A stretch of 62,844 nucleotides of DNA, counting the filler, from Basidiobolus ranarum (lineage: Eukaryota): assembly GCA_040143965.1 (NCBI GenBank). It is 51 parts of 51 records of this genome, joined end to end, with 100 filler letters (N's around TTAATTAATTAA, not from the genome) between each part and the next. Parts side by side here need not be neighbours in the genome. Positions count along the whole stretch, not along the records: positions 35,865 to 36,997 come from JASJQH010013167.1; positions 37,098 to 38,230 come from JASJQH010013168.1; positions 38,331 to 39,463 come from JASJQH010013169.1; positions 39,564 to 40,696 come from JASJQH010013170.1; positions 40,797 to 41,929 come from JASJQH010013171.1; positions 42,030 to 43,162 come from JASJQH010013172.1; positions 43,263 to 44,394 come from JASJQH010013173.1; positions 44,495 to 45,626 come from JASJQH010013174.1; 43 more parts are not named here. One strand, given 5' to 3'. Below the pieces are notes generated by a model. That model saw only the letters and a list, made by a program, of their open reading frames with translations, did not search any database and was not told the origin of the DNA. Both the position numbers and the translations under genes were made by a program. Positions within the stretch are counted from its first letter, which is position 1. Each line of letters starts with the position of its first letter. Positions 36,543-49,420 of the stretch are shown here, piece by piece.

Positions 36543-37097
36543 AGTGAAAGTGTTTTCTTACCAGCCTGTAAATGTTTAATGCCAAGTATAATAGGCATTG
36601 TGCGTATTGTAATAAAAACTCCCAGTACATTGTGAATATATGTAGTGTTAATAGTTCCAGTTATCTAGCAAAGTACAATTTATACTCACTGATATGACGC
36701 GACAGAAAGAAGTCGAAAAACTAGTGATTTCTAATAGTTGCCTGTTTGATCAGAATATTGAATGGGCTGAAGTAGTTAGTTTGTTAATAAACTCTCAACA
36801 GCTACATGTCTAGCATAAAAGCTCATTGGAGATAAGCAATTAAATACTGATAGTATCAATGCATATGTTAATGTTCGAGGAGAGGTACTATTTATATATA
36901 GTTACTATTTCTATATACTTTACTAATGGGACGATGAATATATGATACATCCTCTTTCTTACAAACATATTATTCGGCCCCTTTCTTACAAACATATNNN
37001 NNNNNNNNNNNNNNNNNNNNNNNNNNNNNNNNNNNNNNNNNTTAATTAATTAANNNNNNNNNNNNNNNNNNNNNNNNNNNNNNNNNNNNNNNNNNNN

Positions 37098-37226
37098 CAT
37101 AGCAAATGCATTCATCACTGGTTTGGTAGTAATTGGTTCTTCCTCTTCACTAGATATCTCTGCGACCTCCAAGGTAGCATTCAATTCTTTCTCTCTCATC
37201 AATTTTTTGTAAGCACGAGAAGACAT
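37098..37226 (-). CDS. Probable TCF25/Rqc1 N-terminus
   Basis: MSSRAYKKLMREKE..SSEEEE..NAFAM. Confidence 0.65.
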
Positions 37227-37641
37227 TTTAAAAACAGTTTATCCTTATTCGTGAATTCCAGTGACTATTATTGAGAAGACAATTATCTACGGGAGTAAGC
37301 AATATGGTAAGGACCTAGGGGTTTTAGTTTATAGACCTTGAATAACAGAAGCAGCTTAAGAGCCAAGAGATATCAAATAAATAAATCAACTCAGTACGTT
37401 AGATTGCTATCTTCATTTTAATGTGCTTCAGATGATTCAATTTTATATTATCTGATATTCATCCATAAATATTTCCTATCGATTTATTCTAGAATAAACT
37501 GTAGTTATTGATCTTCCGCAGGTCCATATAGATTTTTTGGCATACTAGTCAAAGAGAAGTGACACTAAGTGAATGTAGTTAATATCCATTTTATTTGGAT
37601 ACTACTTTTCTTTAGTACATAACTTGAGTAAAGCGGTCAAA

Positions 37642-38230
37642 ATGAGTTTTATCAAACGAAGTACAAAGCGTCAAATTAGAAAGAAGATAGAAGTAGAGGA
37701 AGAAGAAGAACCTGAGCCAGGTAATCTACTTTATTAAGGAATTTTTTTCGCATTGCAACTACTAACTCGATTTTCAGTCATTGTTCAACGTTCTAAACCC
37801 AAAGTAAACAAAGCCAAGAAAATCACCCCAAGCTTGAGTTTTGACGACGATGTGAGTAGATTCTAGTTTATTTTATCAAATGACTCGTTCTCTAAATATC
37901 TTGGAAAACTAAATTTTAGGAAGAAGGTGAATCGTTGGAACTAAAAAAAAGTTCGGCCAGTTTGGAAGTAAAGAAAGCGAAGACAAAGAAATTTCAACTA
38001 AGGTATTCAGAAAAGAAATGAAGAATATATTCAAGCATACTAATTATTGCGTTGACAGAGGAGACGCGGTATTAGTAACACCAGAGCCCGTAGTTTCAGA
38101 ACGCCCTAGTTATTCAAAGGAGTATTTAGAGGCTCTTAAGAAAGAATCTTTCAATCCTACACGCGCTCATGACAAATTTGATCTGCCTGAAGGAATACCG
38201 GACGAACACTTGGTGCTTTTAGCCAAGAAA
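37642..38230 (+). CDS. Ntr2/GCFC/PAXBP1-like spliceosome factor, N-terminus (3 short introns)
   Basis: Spliced frame with LSFDDDEE, YSKEYLEALK and GIPD..LAKK motifs. Confidence 0.75.
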
Positions 38231-39356
38231 NNNNNNNNNNNNNNNNNNNNNNNNNNNNNNNNNNNNNNNNNNNNTTAATTAATTAANNNNNNNNNNNNNN
38301 NNNNNNNNNNNNNNNNNNNNNNNNNNNNNNATCTCAAACACACGGACAAGTTTGAAATAGTATGCTCTAAGTATATTTCTGTTATCATCTTTGCAGAAAG
38401 GCAACTTCTTAGTGTCAACATTGTCGACGATCTCTATCTTTCGGTCCTTGATCACAGTAGTCGTAATTGCTCTTCCAATGACAGGTGTAAAAGTGCAGAC
38501 TTCTGCAATTTACTCGAAACAGCTTACGGAACATTAGCTTGTTGCTTTGGTCTTGGATGTCGTGTATCAAAGTGAAAGCATAGGTGAACCTCGAGGTCCG
38601 GAAGTTGTCAGAAGCACAGTAACATAATTTTCCATTCGCAAGGATGTAGATCTGCAGCGTATTGATGAATAACAAATTTTTGTCTTCGAAGGTTTTATCT
38701 CCATTGCTATACTAGCTGTACTCTGCTTCCCAATTTAAAGCATCTGGAGAGGTTCACATGGCTTAAGTTGGAGGATTAGAGCATCCTATTACAGCTGCTT
38801 TTCCTTCTAGCCCAAGCCATTTCCCGCATCTGCTCCATTAGCAGTGAAGGAATTGACGAATTACTATAAAACGCCCCGGGGTAAGAATTCCCAATGCACC
38901 AACACATACCAAACGAGAAGTACCGATCTCTTGGCAAACTATTCCTCATTTCCATTCAAAGGCATGATATTGCCCGTCCTCTATTGGAGACGATATTTAT
39001 TTTAGTGAGGACCCAATCAAGTTTGCGAAGGAGTCGAAGGAACTGTGGTTAAACATAAATAAGTTACAATTTTGTGTCACATAAAGGCCATTGGGCAATC
39101 CATTTAAACGATAATATAATATGTTTGGTTTAGTGTTTGTGTCATATAAAATGGTATTGGATAAAGATAATGTGCATAGATTAAGCTAGTGGTTATTAAT
39201 TGGTTTAACTCTAACTCAATAAAAGCGTTACATGCAACCACTAGAAGATAAATAGTTACAGTCCTTTTCAACATGCGACTTGTCCAAAATAGTGACCACT
39301 CGTTGAAGGTTCCAGTCTATAAAAGAGAAGTTGGCTCAACACCTACACTTATCACA

Positions 39357-39416
39357 ATGATGTTTCTCAAATATCTTCTCTTCGCTTCTTCTGTCTCAAC
39401 GGTTCTCGCTGTTCAA
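39357..39416 (+). CDS. First exon of a secreted protein (signal peptide); TATAAAA at 39318
   Basis: MMFLKYLLFASSVSTVLAVQ followed by GTAAGC donor. Confidence 0.65.
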
Positions 39417-40431
39417 GTAAGCTTACCTTATTTTGCTGAAGCCTTCATGGCTACTCAAACTGGNNNNNNNNNNNNNNNNNNNNNNNNNNNNNNNNNNNNN
39501 NNNNNNNTTAATTAATTAANNNNNNNNNNNNNNNNNNNNNNNNNNNNNNNNNNNNNNNNNNNNTTAGAGATATGAGCTATCAATGAATTTAGGTTATTAC
39601 ATGAGCAATAAAATTATTTTCACTTGTTATAATTCTGAAGTAAATATGTTGTATCTATATAAGATGTGAGAAAGGATGGTAACTGTTGCAATCCAGCTTC
39701 ATCAAAGAATTCCAGTATCTCTGCACATTGAGTACATATTGAGAGTTCAATCTTATAAACCTTTCTGTCATAATCTAATGACCAATATGAGGGGACTAGT
39801 ATCTTTTGGACATATTCAATATGGTTCTATCAACAGATATTTGAACTTTACCAGTAAACTGTAACAGTTTTTCTTAATGCTACTAAATATGAGGTTCCCA
39901 AAGTTTATGCTCTAACATAAGCTTGAATGCTTTAGATACTATCAACACTATTGTCAGGCAAAAAATGAATGGAAATCAGTAACATATCTAAATTGAAAGC
40001 AATGGTTTGGTCAAGTTGAGTAATACTATCTGCTTTTTTATCTACACTATCATGGATTGTACAATTCAACCATACAAGCTATTGTATTATAACTTTGGAT
40101 GTATCACCTGGCAAATTCTTATTGAATAAAGGACTGGCACCACTTTATCATATATAGCAAACTCTCTATGATGGTAGAAAGGATGAGTAGGATAGCTAGT
40201 TCAGGTCAAGTAATAAGTGATCATCAGAAGTTGGTTGCAATACTAGGCATGTCATAGTCTATGTTTGTTGGCTATTTGAAATCTCAATTAACCTTAGTTA
40301 AGATAAAGCTATTAGAAACAGAAAGTAATGTATCAATGGCCCCTGTATCCTAGTTGGGAATAAGTCTATATCAATCACCCATATGTTGTTTCACTCATAA
40401 ATACTTGTTTTATTTTTGTATAGAATTATTT

Positions 40432-40620
40432 CCCTAGCTGAAATTTGTAGATTGCTATTGCAAGAAACCTGTCACAATTTTAATCCATTTTGGATTGACC
40501 ATGTACTTACTGCCATAAAATCATCAAGTTGGATTTGATTTTCACCAATTTTTTTAGTTTCAGGAGTGATGCAACACATGATTGGCTATAATCTTAGAAA
40601 ACTATGGATCAACACATATG
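40432..40620 (+). mobile_element. Diverged CACTA left end
   Basis: ccctagctgaaatttg..cacaattttaatccattttgg matches reverse complement of ~45145-45353. Confidence 0.78.
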
Positions 40621-40796
40621 CAAGAAATGTAACTCAAATTTTACACATTTACTACTTGAATGCTAATTGGTCATCTTTGAAATCTCTAATTTCTTTNNNN
40701 NNNNNNNNNNNNNNNNNNNNNNNNNNNNNNNNNNNNNNNNTTAATTAATTAANNNNNNNNNNNNNNNNNNNNNNNNNNNNNNNNNNNNNNNNNNNN

Positions 40797-40987
40797 TTCC
40801 TCTGGGCTTCACCTCACCTCACTTGAGTGATAACACAGAGGTAGTTGGCGGAAGCGCTTATGGTGCTGGTACCATTACTAACGGAGATGGATCAAGAATG
40901 CCATCGGTGAAAGAACTGGAAGTTGCCACCCACCAAGGAGAATATTTCACTAATATTGTTGCACAGTTTGTTGGTGGAAGAGATTAA
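40797..40987 (+). CDS. WrbA/Pst2-type flavodoxin-like quinone reductase, C-terminus
   Basis: PLGF..EVVGGSAYGAGTITNGDGSRMPS.KELEVA.HQG. Confidence 0.92.
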
Positions 40988-41662
40988 AATCGGAACTAGA
41001 TCTGGTTTGGTGTAGGTTCTCAGATCGATGGCATTTCCTTCACAATTTCTAATGATCTTGCATAAAAGTTTAAATATGAATAAATTAATTATATCTGATG
41101 TTTATATAGAATCTTGTATTCATAAATCCTCAGCTCCTAGCTAGGCTATATGAATTATCATACTTTTTTGTTGAACGCGTAAGGTAAGGTGCTTTTCTTC
41201 AGATGGCAAAGTATTCTTGCGATTTGAAGTAAAATTTATCAAGAGTGCAGTGTTTGTAATAGAAGCTATGCTAGCCAAATAATTCAAATCAAGAACGGCG
41301 GATGATATTAGGCAATTTAGCTAGTGATGTGAATAGACACCTGAACGCTAATTATGTTACTTTTTCGTATGAATAAATATTGTTGCCAAAATACCTGGTT
41401 AATTTTATTTTCCGTTTTCAACAAGCCAAATTTGACCTTACAAATTTCTATGAAATTGAACCGCTTGATCGGGTAATTATACTTATTCTACAGAATCTAT
41501 CCGCTATTCCAGTTAGTTTCATCCGGAAAATCAATGAGTGCATTAGTCAATTATCCTGAGCGTCACACACCCGATTCCAATATATAATCTACCTTCGATT
41601 CCAATATTTAATCAAACACACCTTCAGTATTTCTGATTGCCTCCCTTACCTATCTTCTCAAA

Positions 41663-41929
41663 ATGGCTGCACAAAAGACAAAGATCTTCATCATCATCTA
41701 CTCCGTCTACCAACACATCTACAAGATGGCTCTTGCTGTCAAGGAAGGTGTTGAGAAAGTGGCTGATGTAGAAGTCTCCATTTTCCAAGTCCCAGAGACC
41801 CTTTCACAGGATGTCCTTGACAAGATGCATGCTCCACCTAAGCCTGACATTCCGGTCATCACTCCTGAGCTTATGGAGGAAGCTGATGGCCTTATCTTCG
41901 GTGTTCCTACCAGATATGGAGCCATGCCT
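41663..41929 (+). CDS. WrbA/Pst2-type quinone reductase, N-terminus (tandem paralog)
   Basis: IIIYSVYQHI..FQVPETL..LDKMHAPPK..ADGLIFGVPTRYG. Confidence 0.94.
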
Positions 41930-42501
41930 NNNNNNNNNNNNNNNNNNNNNNNNNNNNNNNNNNNNNNNNNNNNTTAATTAATTAANNNNNNNNNNNNNNN
42001 NNNNNNNNNNNNNNNNNNNNNNNNNNNNNATTCATCTTTTGCGGATTCCTTTTTCGCCATAGTCTTGCTGACTGCTTACATGAAGAAAACTGGTAGCAAA
42101 TACAATACGTGGATATTAAATAACTGAAGGAAATTTTTACACACGAGTTTTGAGTTTGTAGCCGCTTAGGATATGGGTTTACTTCATAATACATTTGAAC
42201 CTAATTTTATCTTTCAAATATGACAAGCACCATCTATCATTGAATGCCAAATTTAAGCAAATAGTCTAAAGCTCCACTATTAAATGTATGTTAGAAGCTA
42301 GAATCATTGTTTATGAATGCGCAAGTCTAGAATAGGAGTAAGCAACAATGACCATCCCATATTTTGGAGCAGTATTAACGTGTAATTTTGACTATTGGGA
42401 CAATTAAGGATAGGGTAAGGGGATGACAAGCACCAGGTAGTGTGGACTTTATTTAGCTTATGTACTAATCTAAATAAAGTGACAGTTAAGACATCAATTT
42501 T

Positions 42502-43090
42502 TCAAATATTGCCACAATACTGAATCATATCCATACTTAACTTGATGACCAATATAATCCAGTTCTGAAGATGTAAATATAGTGTTAAAGGGCACTGGTG
42601 GTAAGTGGAAAGTAAGATACTCAGTACAAACCAAGTGGACAATAAGACAAAACCTGGAATAATGGGGATCAAAAAAGGTGTCTTGGAGGCATGATATTGC
42701 TTCCATAGGTCTGGCAAGAAGTCTATAGCAACAATTTTGAGCTGTTTTGCTTCATGTGGTTGTAAAGCTAATTCAGAAATAAAAGGGTCATCTTGTATCA
42801 GTTTCCAGCAGGATAGTGGATTTGAAGATGGTGTGGCTACCCACTTCTTGATCAGTGGATTTCTGCTATCATTTAGTTGGAGTAAAGATCTAGCCCTCAG
42901 TAGCACTACTCTGATATGATATGGGAAGAATCCAAAGGTTCCATTTAAAGGTTGATCACAGGGAGTCTCAGGTAAGTCAGGCATCAGATGCCTGATGCAT
43001 TAGATGATGAATCTATCAAGCTTGGAATAGTCTCTCTGGTTAAGTGGAAGCAAAAATACTTCATTTTCCAGAAACAGTATCAGAAACTGC
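42502..43090 (-). mobile_element. 5'-truncated decayed ORF resembling the post-RT region of a non-LTR retroelement
   Basis: EVFLLPLNQRDYSKLDRFII.CIRHL..G.FPYHIRVVLLRAR; CpG-free like the other TEs. Confidence 0.45.
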
Positions 43091-43162
43091 TTAGGGTTAG
43101 GGTTAGGGTTAGGGTTAGGGTTAGGGTTAGGGTTAGGGTTAGGGTTAGGGTTAGGGTTAGGG
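43091..43162 (+). repeat. Telomeric repeat (TTAGGG)12
   Basis: Perfect array running to the contig end. Confidence 0.97.
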
Positions 43163-44166
43163 NNNNNNNNNNNNNNNNNNNNNNNNNNNNNNNNNNNNNN
43201 NNNNNNTTAATTAATTAANNNNNNNNNNNNNNNNNNNNNNNNNNNNNNNNNNNNNNNNNNNNAACTTGGGGTGATGGGAAGATAGCCCGATCTTAGAGAG
43301 TAAAGGCGGTGTAACTACTCGAGTAAACAGTCCGTTTATACCTTCGTTACAGTCTGAATGTGTAAATCAACATTATTTAGTAACCGGAGCAACGTAGCTT
43401 CAAGTTAATTCAACCTACCTTCCAAATAGCCATAACGCATGTTTGAAGTAGCAAAAAAAATAACAAGGAAATTTATAAATGTATGTATATGTTATATTAA
43501 AGTGAGGTTAAAAATTTCAACAGAAAAACCATCAAAAGGTAGAAGAATGGAACTTAAATGGACATAAGGTTTTCACGACCAAGGGCCTCTTGTACAAATT
43601 AATGAATGATTTGGATTGGTCAAAAGATTCCATCAACCAAGCTTTATTCTAAGAGTAATTGATTTGAACAGAAACCAAAATCTCCACTTTATTTTCGACA
43701 TCTATGTCGTTCATTTCCTTTACAGTCTGGAACACAAGAATGATCAGCAAATCTCAGGTGATGAATGTTTTATTCAATTTAGAAATCGAACCTTCCGCCA
43801 TTTCATGATTGCTGTATTTGATTGGATAGCCTCGATAGAACTTACTTCATGATTACCAAACCCAGTAGAATATTACGAGTTCGTGTTAATTTGATTCTGG
43901 ATCAATGTGTAACGGTAGGGTTAGCCGAGTAGGTCATGAAATAGCCTTTGTTTCGGTCATCGAATTATCACATGACATACTACTAAGGATCTCAATTGGA
44001 TGTGACTAGACAATCCTAAATAATTACAAGTGATTTGGAAAGTACGAGTGAAGAGTTCTGAATCATTTATTGAATTAGTACGTGTGGGGATATTTGTCCT
44101 ACAAACTTGTTGATAACACAGTGTGAGGCTATGTGAAGATTATGTGATATATTTGACATTGAACAT

Positions 44167-44394
44167 TTAGTAAGCACCAGAGTGATCAGCTGTGTCATAA
44201 GCACCTCCGTTACCACCACCATTTCCACCAGCACCGCCGCCATTACCACCGGATCCACCACCGTTGCCACCACCATTACCACCAGCTCCAGTACCATAGC
44301 CACCAGCTCCTCCTCCGTTACCGCCGGATCCACCACCATTGCCGCCTGATCCAGAACCGACGGCAGAGTAGGAACGGAATCGTGAACCGTATCG
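44167..44394 (-). CDS. Glycine-rich low-complexity protein, C-terminus
   Basis: Open frame RYGSRFRSYSAVGSGSGGNGGGSGG...GAYDTADHSGAY*. Confidence 0.8.
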   Translation of the reverse strand, partial: RYGSRFRSYSAVGSGSGGNGGGSGGNGGGAGGYGTGAGGNGGGNGGGSGGNGGGAGGNGGGNGGAYDTADHSGAY

Positions 44395-44494
44395 NNNNNN
44401 NNNNNNNNNNNNNNNNNNNNNNNNNNNNNNNNNNNNNNTTAATTAATTAANNNNNNNNNNNNNNNNNNNNNNNNNNNNNNNNNNNNNNNNNNNN

Positions 44495-44653
44495 TTAGAA
44501 TAACGGGGCTATAGATCTGTTGCTTTCTGTTTCTGATATATGTATCATAACTAAAGTTAACTATGATGTTGAATAAAGATTAATTATCCAACAAAAGCTA
44601 TTCACAACTCCACGTTTCTAATGCTCCTCCAAACAGCCCATACTTTCACAATA
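44495..44653. mobile_element. Nested LTR ends: family F 5' end (minus, 44495-44593) inside family H 3' end (plus, 44594-44653)
   Basis: Homology to 18218 onward and to ~31677-31736. Confidence 0.78.
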
Positions 44654-45353
44654 TTAAAAGTGTTGAAATTAGCCCCATTCTTAAAGGCAAGCAAAAAGAT
44701 GCATATACACCACAAAGCATCCTCAGAAGTGTCACACTACAAGGACATATGAAAATAGTAAAAGTGCTTAAGGAGTATTTTCAAAAGAATCAGTGGAAAA
44801 ATGCAGTGCAAGTATGCAGAAAGTGACTTCAGAAGAAGAACATTCAACTTGACATTCCATCTGGTGTTGATCATGAAGGTATATGGGAAGAACTAAATAC
44901 AGAATGGCACAATATTGCAGGGTATCTACCAGATAGCTGGAAGAATGTAGGTTCAGCAATGTTAATACAATAGGGGCTTTGATGGATATATTGATACAAA
45001 CTCATGTTGGATATTATGTAAACTTTGAGTATGAAGAAATCTATAAAAATATTCAGGAGAATATATCAGAGAAACCAAGGATTCCAAAGGTGAAAAATTA
45101 GCATGCAAGTGGTAAAGGTGCAAAATTTGAGTTATGTTTTTTAAAGATGTGTTGATCCATAGTTCTCTGAGATTTTAGCCAATCATGTGCAACTATTTTG
45201 AAAGATCTCAAAATTTCAATCCTGAAGTTGAAAAATTTGATTAGAATCAAATCTAAATTGATAATTTTATGATGGCAAGTAAACAGTCAACCCAAAATGG
45301 ATTAAAATTGTGATAGTTTTCCTACTATGACAATCTTCAAATTTCTGTTAGGG
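44654..45353 (+). mobile_element. CACTA ORF2 3' end running uninterrupted into the left TIR (...ATTTCTGTTAGGG)
   Basis: Colinear with ~1925-2335, then ~290 bp to GTTAGGG at 45353. Confidence 0.88.
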
Positions 45354-46713
45354 CTTAACATTAAGACAAGTTGTGTTAAAGACACTTTGTTTGTTTTTAT
45401 CCTGGAGTACAGCTTTGGTTTCATATAGTTTGGCATTGTTTTCTTCTCCAACAACAGTGTTGCATAGTCCTTATTTTTTCTGCAGTATTTTTATTCTTAT
45501 TTTCCAAACTCAATAATGGGTTCCATCCAATTTTTCAGAAAAGGGAAAAGCTCCATAGATTTGAGAAGTAGACATTACAGAGAGTGCAAGCATGTGACTC
45601 ATAACCTGTTAAAGTATTTGGGAGCCNNNNNNNNNNNNNNNNNNNNNNNNNNNNNNNNNNNNNNNNNNNNTTAATTAATTAANNNNNNNNNNNNNNNNNN
45701 NNNNNNNNNNNNNNNNNNNNNNNNNNAACAAATACAAGAGAAGTTTTAACGGAAAGCGTGGTCAATAATACCAGTCACGTACTCGTTGATGCTTACAATT
45801 AAAATATGACTAGTTGAGGCGTCCATTATCAATAGCACTTTGTGGAATAAAAATAAAATCATTTGTTATATTTCTACTTATAACAAAAAACTTTGAACGT
45901 TTGGAGCATGTTAAACATGCAATACGACTATTTTGACCAAGCCTCTTACTGGTGTGGCGACTATATTAATTGCTCGCATTGGTATATGAGCTGCTATCTG
46001 AATCAGGTAGCTCAGCCGAATGTATCAAAGACCAATTTATGTTCCAACACACCTGTTCCATAAAAGCTGGGTTAGAAAACGCTTGCTATACACTTGTGAA
46101 GTACTTGCGAGATGTTTCTCAAGCTTTAATCTTTGATAAACTTAAAGCTATGATTTTCATCAAATGGTCCAATCGCAGATATAACGAAAATATCGATTTA
46201 CTACTAATTGCAAAGTGAATAAAACAAAAAAGCTAAACTATTTATTACAGGGTAACATTCAGTGAATGGTTAATTATTTTCGATATTTACGCTTTTAATC
46301 TAAAATGGAAAAAAGTAGAAATAGTTGGATCCAGCATTACAATCCATATAAACAATCCATATAAATTACAATCCATATAAACAATCCATATGCACCAGGT
46401 TAACATTATTAATAGAAAATAAATGGAGTGTTGGCTATGGAAAGGCCAACAAGCATTGCTTATTAAAAAGTTATTGGAATTAATATTTCCGAGTTACCCA
46501 TCTGGGATCTATGAAGCTTTCACACATTCAATACAACCAGTCAAGCTGTTATATGAATGTCTAAATTCCTGTAGTTATTTTCAAAAATGCTAGATTTCAG
46601 AATATTCAAAACATATGTTTGACATTATCCTCCAATGCTTAAAGATAAATATGAAAGAAAACCGACTAAAACATTGGCTTTACAATGAATAAGAGGTAAA
46701 CTCAGATAAGATC

Positions 46714-46858
46714 CCACTAATAATATATTGAATTGGCTGATCACTAGTAATATATTGAATTGGCTGATCACTAGTAATATATTGAATTGGCTGATCACTA
46801 GTAATATATTGAATTGGCTGATCACTAGTAATATATTGAATTGGCTGATCACTAGTAA
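46714..46858. repeat. 27-bp minisatellite (taatatattgaattggctgatcactag), ~5.4 copies
   Basis: Identical head-to-tail units with no spacers. Confidence 0.97.
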
Positions 46859-48283
46859 NNNNNNNNNNNNNNNNNNNNNNNNNNNNNNNNNNNNNNNNNN
46901 NNTTAATTAATTAANNNNNNNNNNNNNNNNNNNNNNNNNNNNNNNNNNNNNNNNNNNNGAAGCTTCTACTGTGGTTGAAGAAGCATTAACTGTCAAGCAC
47001 AAACCTCAAGTGAGACATTCCGGGTTGATGCATAGAGCTGCACATGATCAGCAATGGCTGGTTGACCCATCAAGTGAAGGCTCCACATCTGAAGAAGAGA
47101 CTGTAGATACAAACAAACCGCAAACTAGACCGGACAAGCCAACGCATACCACAGCACATTGACCTCAAGCCACAGCTCATGCTGGCTGAGGTAGAGGACC
47201 TTCAGCAGGATCAAGCCAACCAACTCAGTGCAGAGGTTCAAGTAAAGTTCCTTCCGTGGAAATATTGAGGAGACAACAAAAGTAACAGAAGCAAATCAGC
47301 ATGTACTGCTTCAAACCTAGGCAACTGCTGAATACTCTTGTTAATACTTACATTATGCTATCTTCACTGTTTAGCACATCATGCAAAATTGATATGGGTT
47401 GCAGTTAAATATAGCATAAATTGCTTTAGTTAGATCACAATTGCTTATGTGTTTATGAAACACTGATAGCATGAAATTGTCATATATCAAAAAAATCAAT
47501 GATAGCCTATTAATACAAGCAATTTTACTACAATCAAATGAAAAATGTCTGTCAATAAAAAGCTTGCGCAGCCATATTGGCTTGATATGGCTCAATCTGT
47601 TCACATTTTCACCTAATTAAAAACTTACACAATTAAATGAATAATTTGCTGATCTAAAAATGATGAATCAAGCAATCCTGATCACTACTATCATACTGCA
47701 GATCAATACATCATTGAGTGCTGTGATTTGTCACTAGTGTGCTAAAGCTACAGATGCTTTGTAATGCAGGAGCTGTTGTGCCCAATTGAAAATCAGGATA
47801 TTGTGATAGCAAGGGACAAATAATTGGCCTAAAAACATGTGAATGTCTTGGTTATACATTTGATTGGGTAAGTCACAGTATAAACTGTTTATTGTGACAC
47901 ATTCAGTAATTTGTATGTTACAAACTGGGGGATGAACTTGCTTTGTCAGTTACCCAAAATCATAATTTGGTAATACTAAATCAGGTAATTTAGTATGGGC
48001 TGTCACAATATCTCCAATAAAATCATTGTGTCCAACTGAGATGGGATAGTGCCATATTGCTCCTTATAGTGTCCAATTGAGTGTTACAGNNNNNNNNNNN
48101 NNNNNNNNNNNNNNNNNNNNNNNNNNNNNNNNNTTAATTAATTAANNNNNNNNNNNNNNNNNNNNNNNNNNNNNNNNNNNNNNNNNNNNGTAATGAAAGA
48201 AAGCCTCTTGATGAAGAGGGGCGACGTAAATGTCAGTCCGATACGAGGCTGTGGTGAATGAGAGAGTGAGAGAAAGAACGACT

Positions 48284-48697
48284 ATTGTTGAACGTTTGAC
48301 CAACTCCCTTATGATGCACGGTCGTAACAACGGCAAGAAGCTCATGGCTGTTCGTATTGTAAAGCACGCCTTCGAAATTGTCCACCTTCTTACTGACCAA
48401 AACCCCCTACAAGTCCTCATTGATGCCATTATTAACTCTGGCCCACGTGAAGACTCCACTCGTATTGGTAGCTCAGGTACTGTTCGTAGACAAGCTGTTG
48501 ATGTTTCTCCTTTGAGAAGAGTCAACCAAGCTGTTCACCTTTTGACCACTGGTACTCGTGAATCTGCTTTCAGAAATGTGAAGACTATTGCTGAATGCTT
48601 AGCCGATGAGCTTATCAACGCTGCTAAGGGTTCTGCTAACTCTTATGCTATCAAGAAGAAGGATGAATTAGAACGTGTTGCTAAATCTAACCGTTAA
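48284..48697 (+). CDS. RPS5: 40S ribosomal protein uS7/S5, C-terminal two-thirds
   Basis: [26 protein letters not shown]...[14 protein letters not shown]. Confidence 0.97.
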   Translation: MVERLTNSLMMHGRNNGKKLMAVRIVKHAFEIVHLLTDQNPLQVLIDAIINSGPREDSTRIGSSGTVRRQAVDVSPLRRVNQAVHLLTTGTRESAFRNVKTIAECLADELINAAKGSANSYAIKKKDELERVAKSNR

Positions 48698-49420
48698 TAT
48701 TATCACCATTCTAATAGCTCAGATTTTTTGGCTATAGTAAACATACTGCATATGCAGAAGAAAATAAAATTTCCAAAATTACTGAGTATCCACGTATTTA
48801 CACCTTACTGATGGTGAATGTAGCTGCAGCTATAAATAGTTAAAGCTGGCTCGTTCCGATGTGAATGCTCCTGCATGGAGATCAATCGAGCAGTTGTCTA
48901 GGATAAGCTTATCGACACAAAGGTTATGTAATCTACAGTTCTTTGAAGGTAGGTGTTCATGAGCTGGTAGCCGCTGGTGTATGTATGTGACTGCTGATTG
49001 GGGGATAGAATATTCTTATCAAGATGAATTTGGATCTTATCTAGTAGGAATTATTGCCAAGACTAACAGGTTCTCAGGTAACCAACGAAGCAAATGCAAA
49101 TTCTCTTCCGGTGAGTCAATGAAATTCTTGAAGTGATCTTGCTAATGAGTCAGGTCTAGAATGTGATACAGCTATTCCGAATGGGATTGTGGTGGATAAA
49201 AATAAAGAGAGATATGGGTTGATATTGGAACGATCCTGCGAGAATGCCTGGCACTACCAGAGTGAACTACGCGGTTTCTGAAGTGGCGGGTGCTTGAACT
49301 GATCGTTGCCATCTTTGGGCNNNNNNNNNNNNNNNNNNNNNNNNNNNNNNNNNNNNNNNNNNNNTTAATTAATTAANNNNNNNNNNNNNNNNNNNNNNNN
49401 NNNNNNNNNNNNNNNNNNNN

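Noticed and set aside
38331-39000. Minus-strand ORF-like region (86 aa)
   Set aside because: It has no recognisable motif and there are stops upstream, so a call cannot be supported.
39564-40260. Possible degenerate integrase remnant
   Set aside because: It is CpG-free like a TE but too decayed to assign by eye.
42988-43218. ORF ending RVRVRV
   Set aside because: This is translation of the telomeric repeat.
46714-46858. 27-bp repeats as a CRISPR array or as an ISQFNILLV repeat protein
   Set aside because: There are no spacers and no synonymous variation; it is a simple minisatellite whose length is a multiple of 3.
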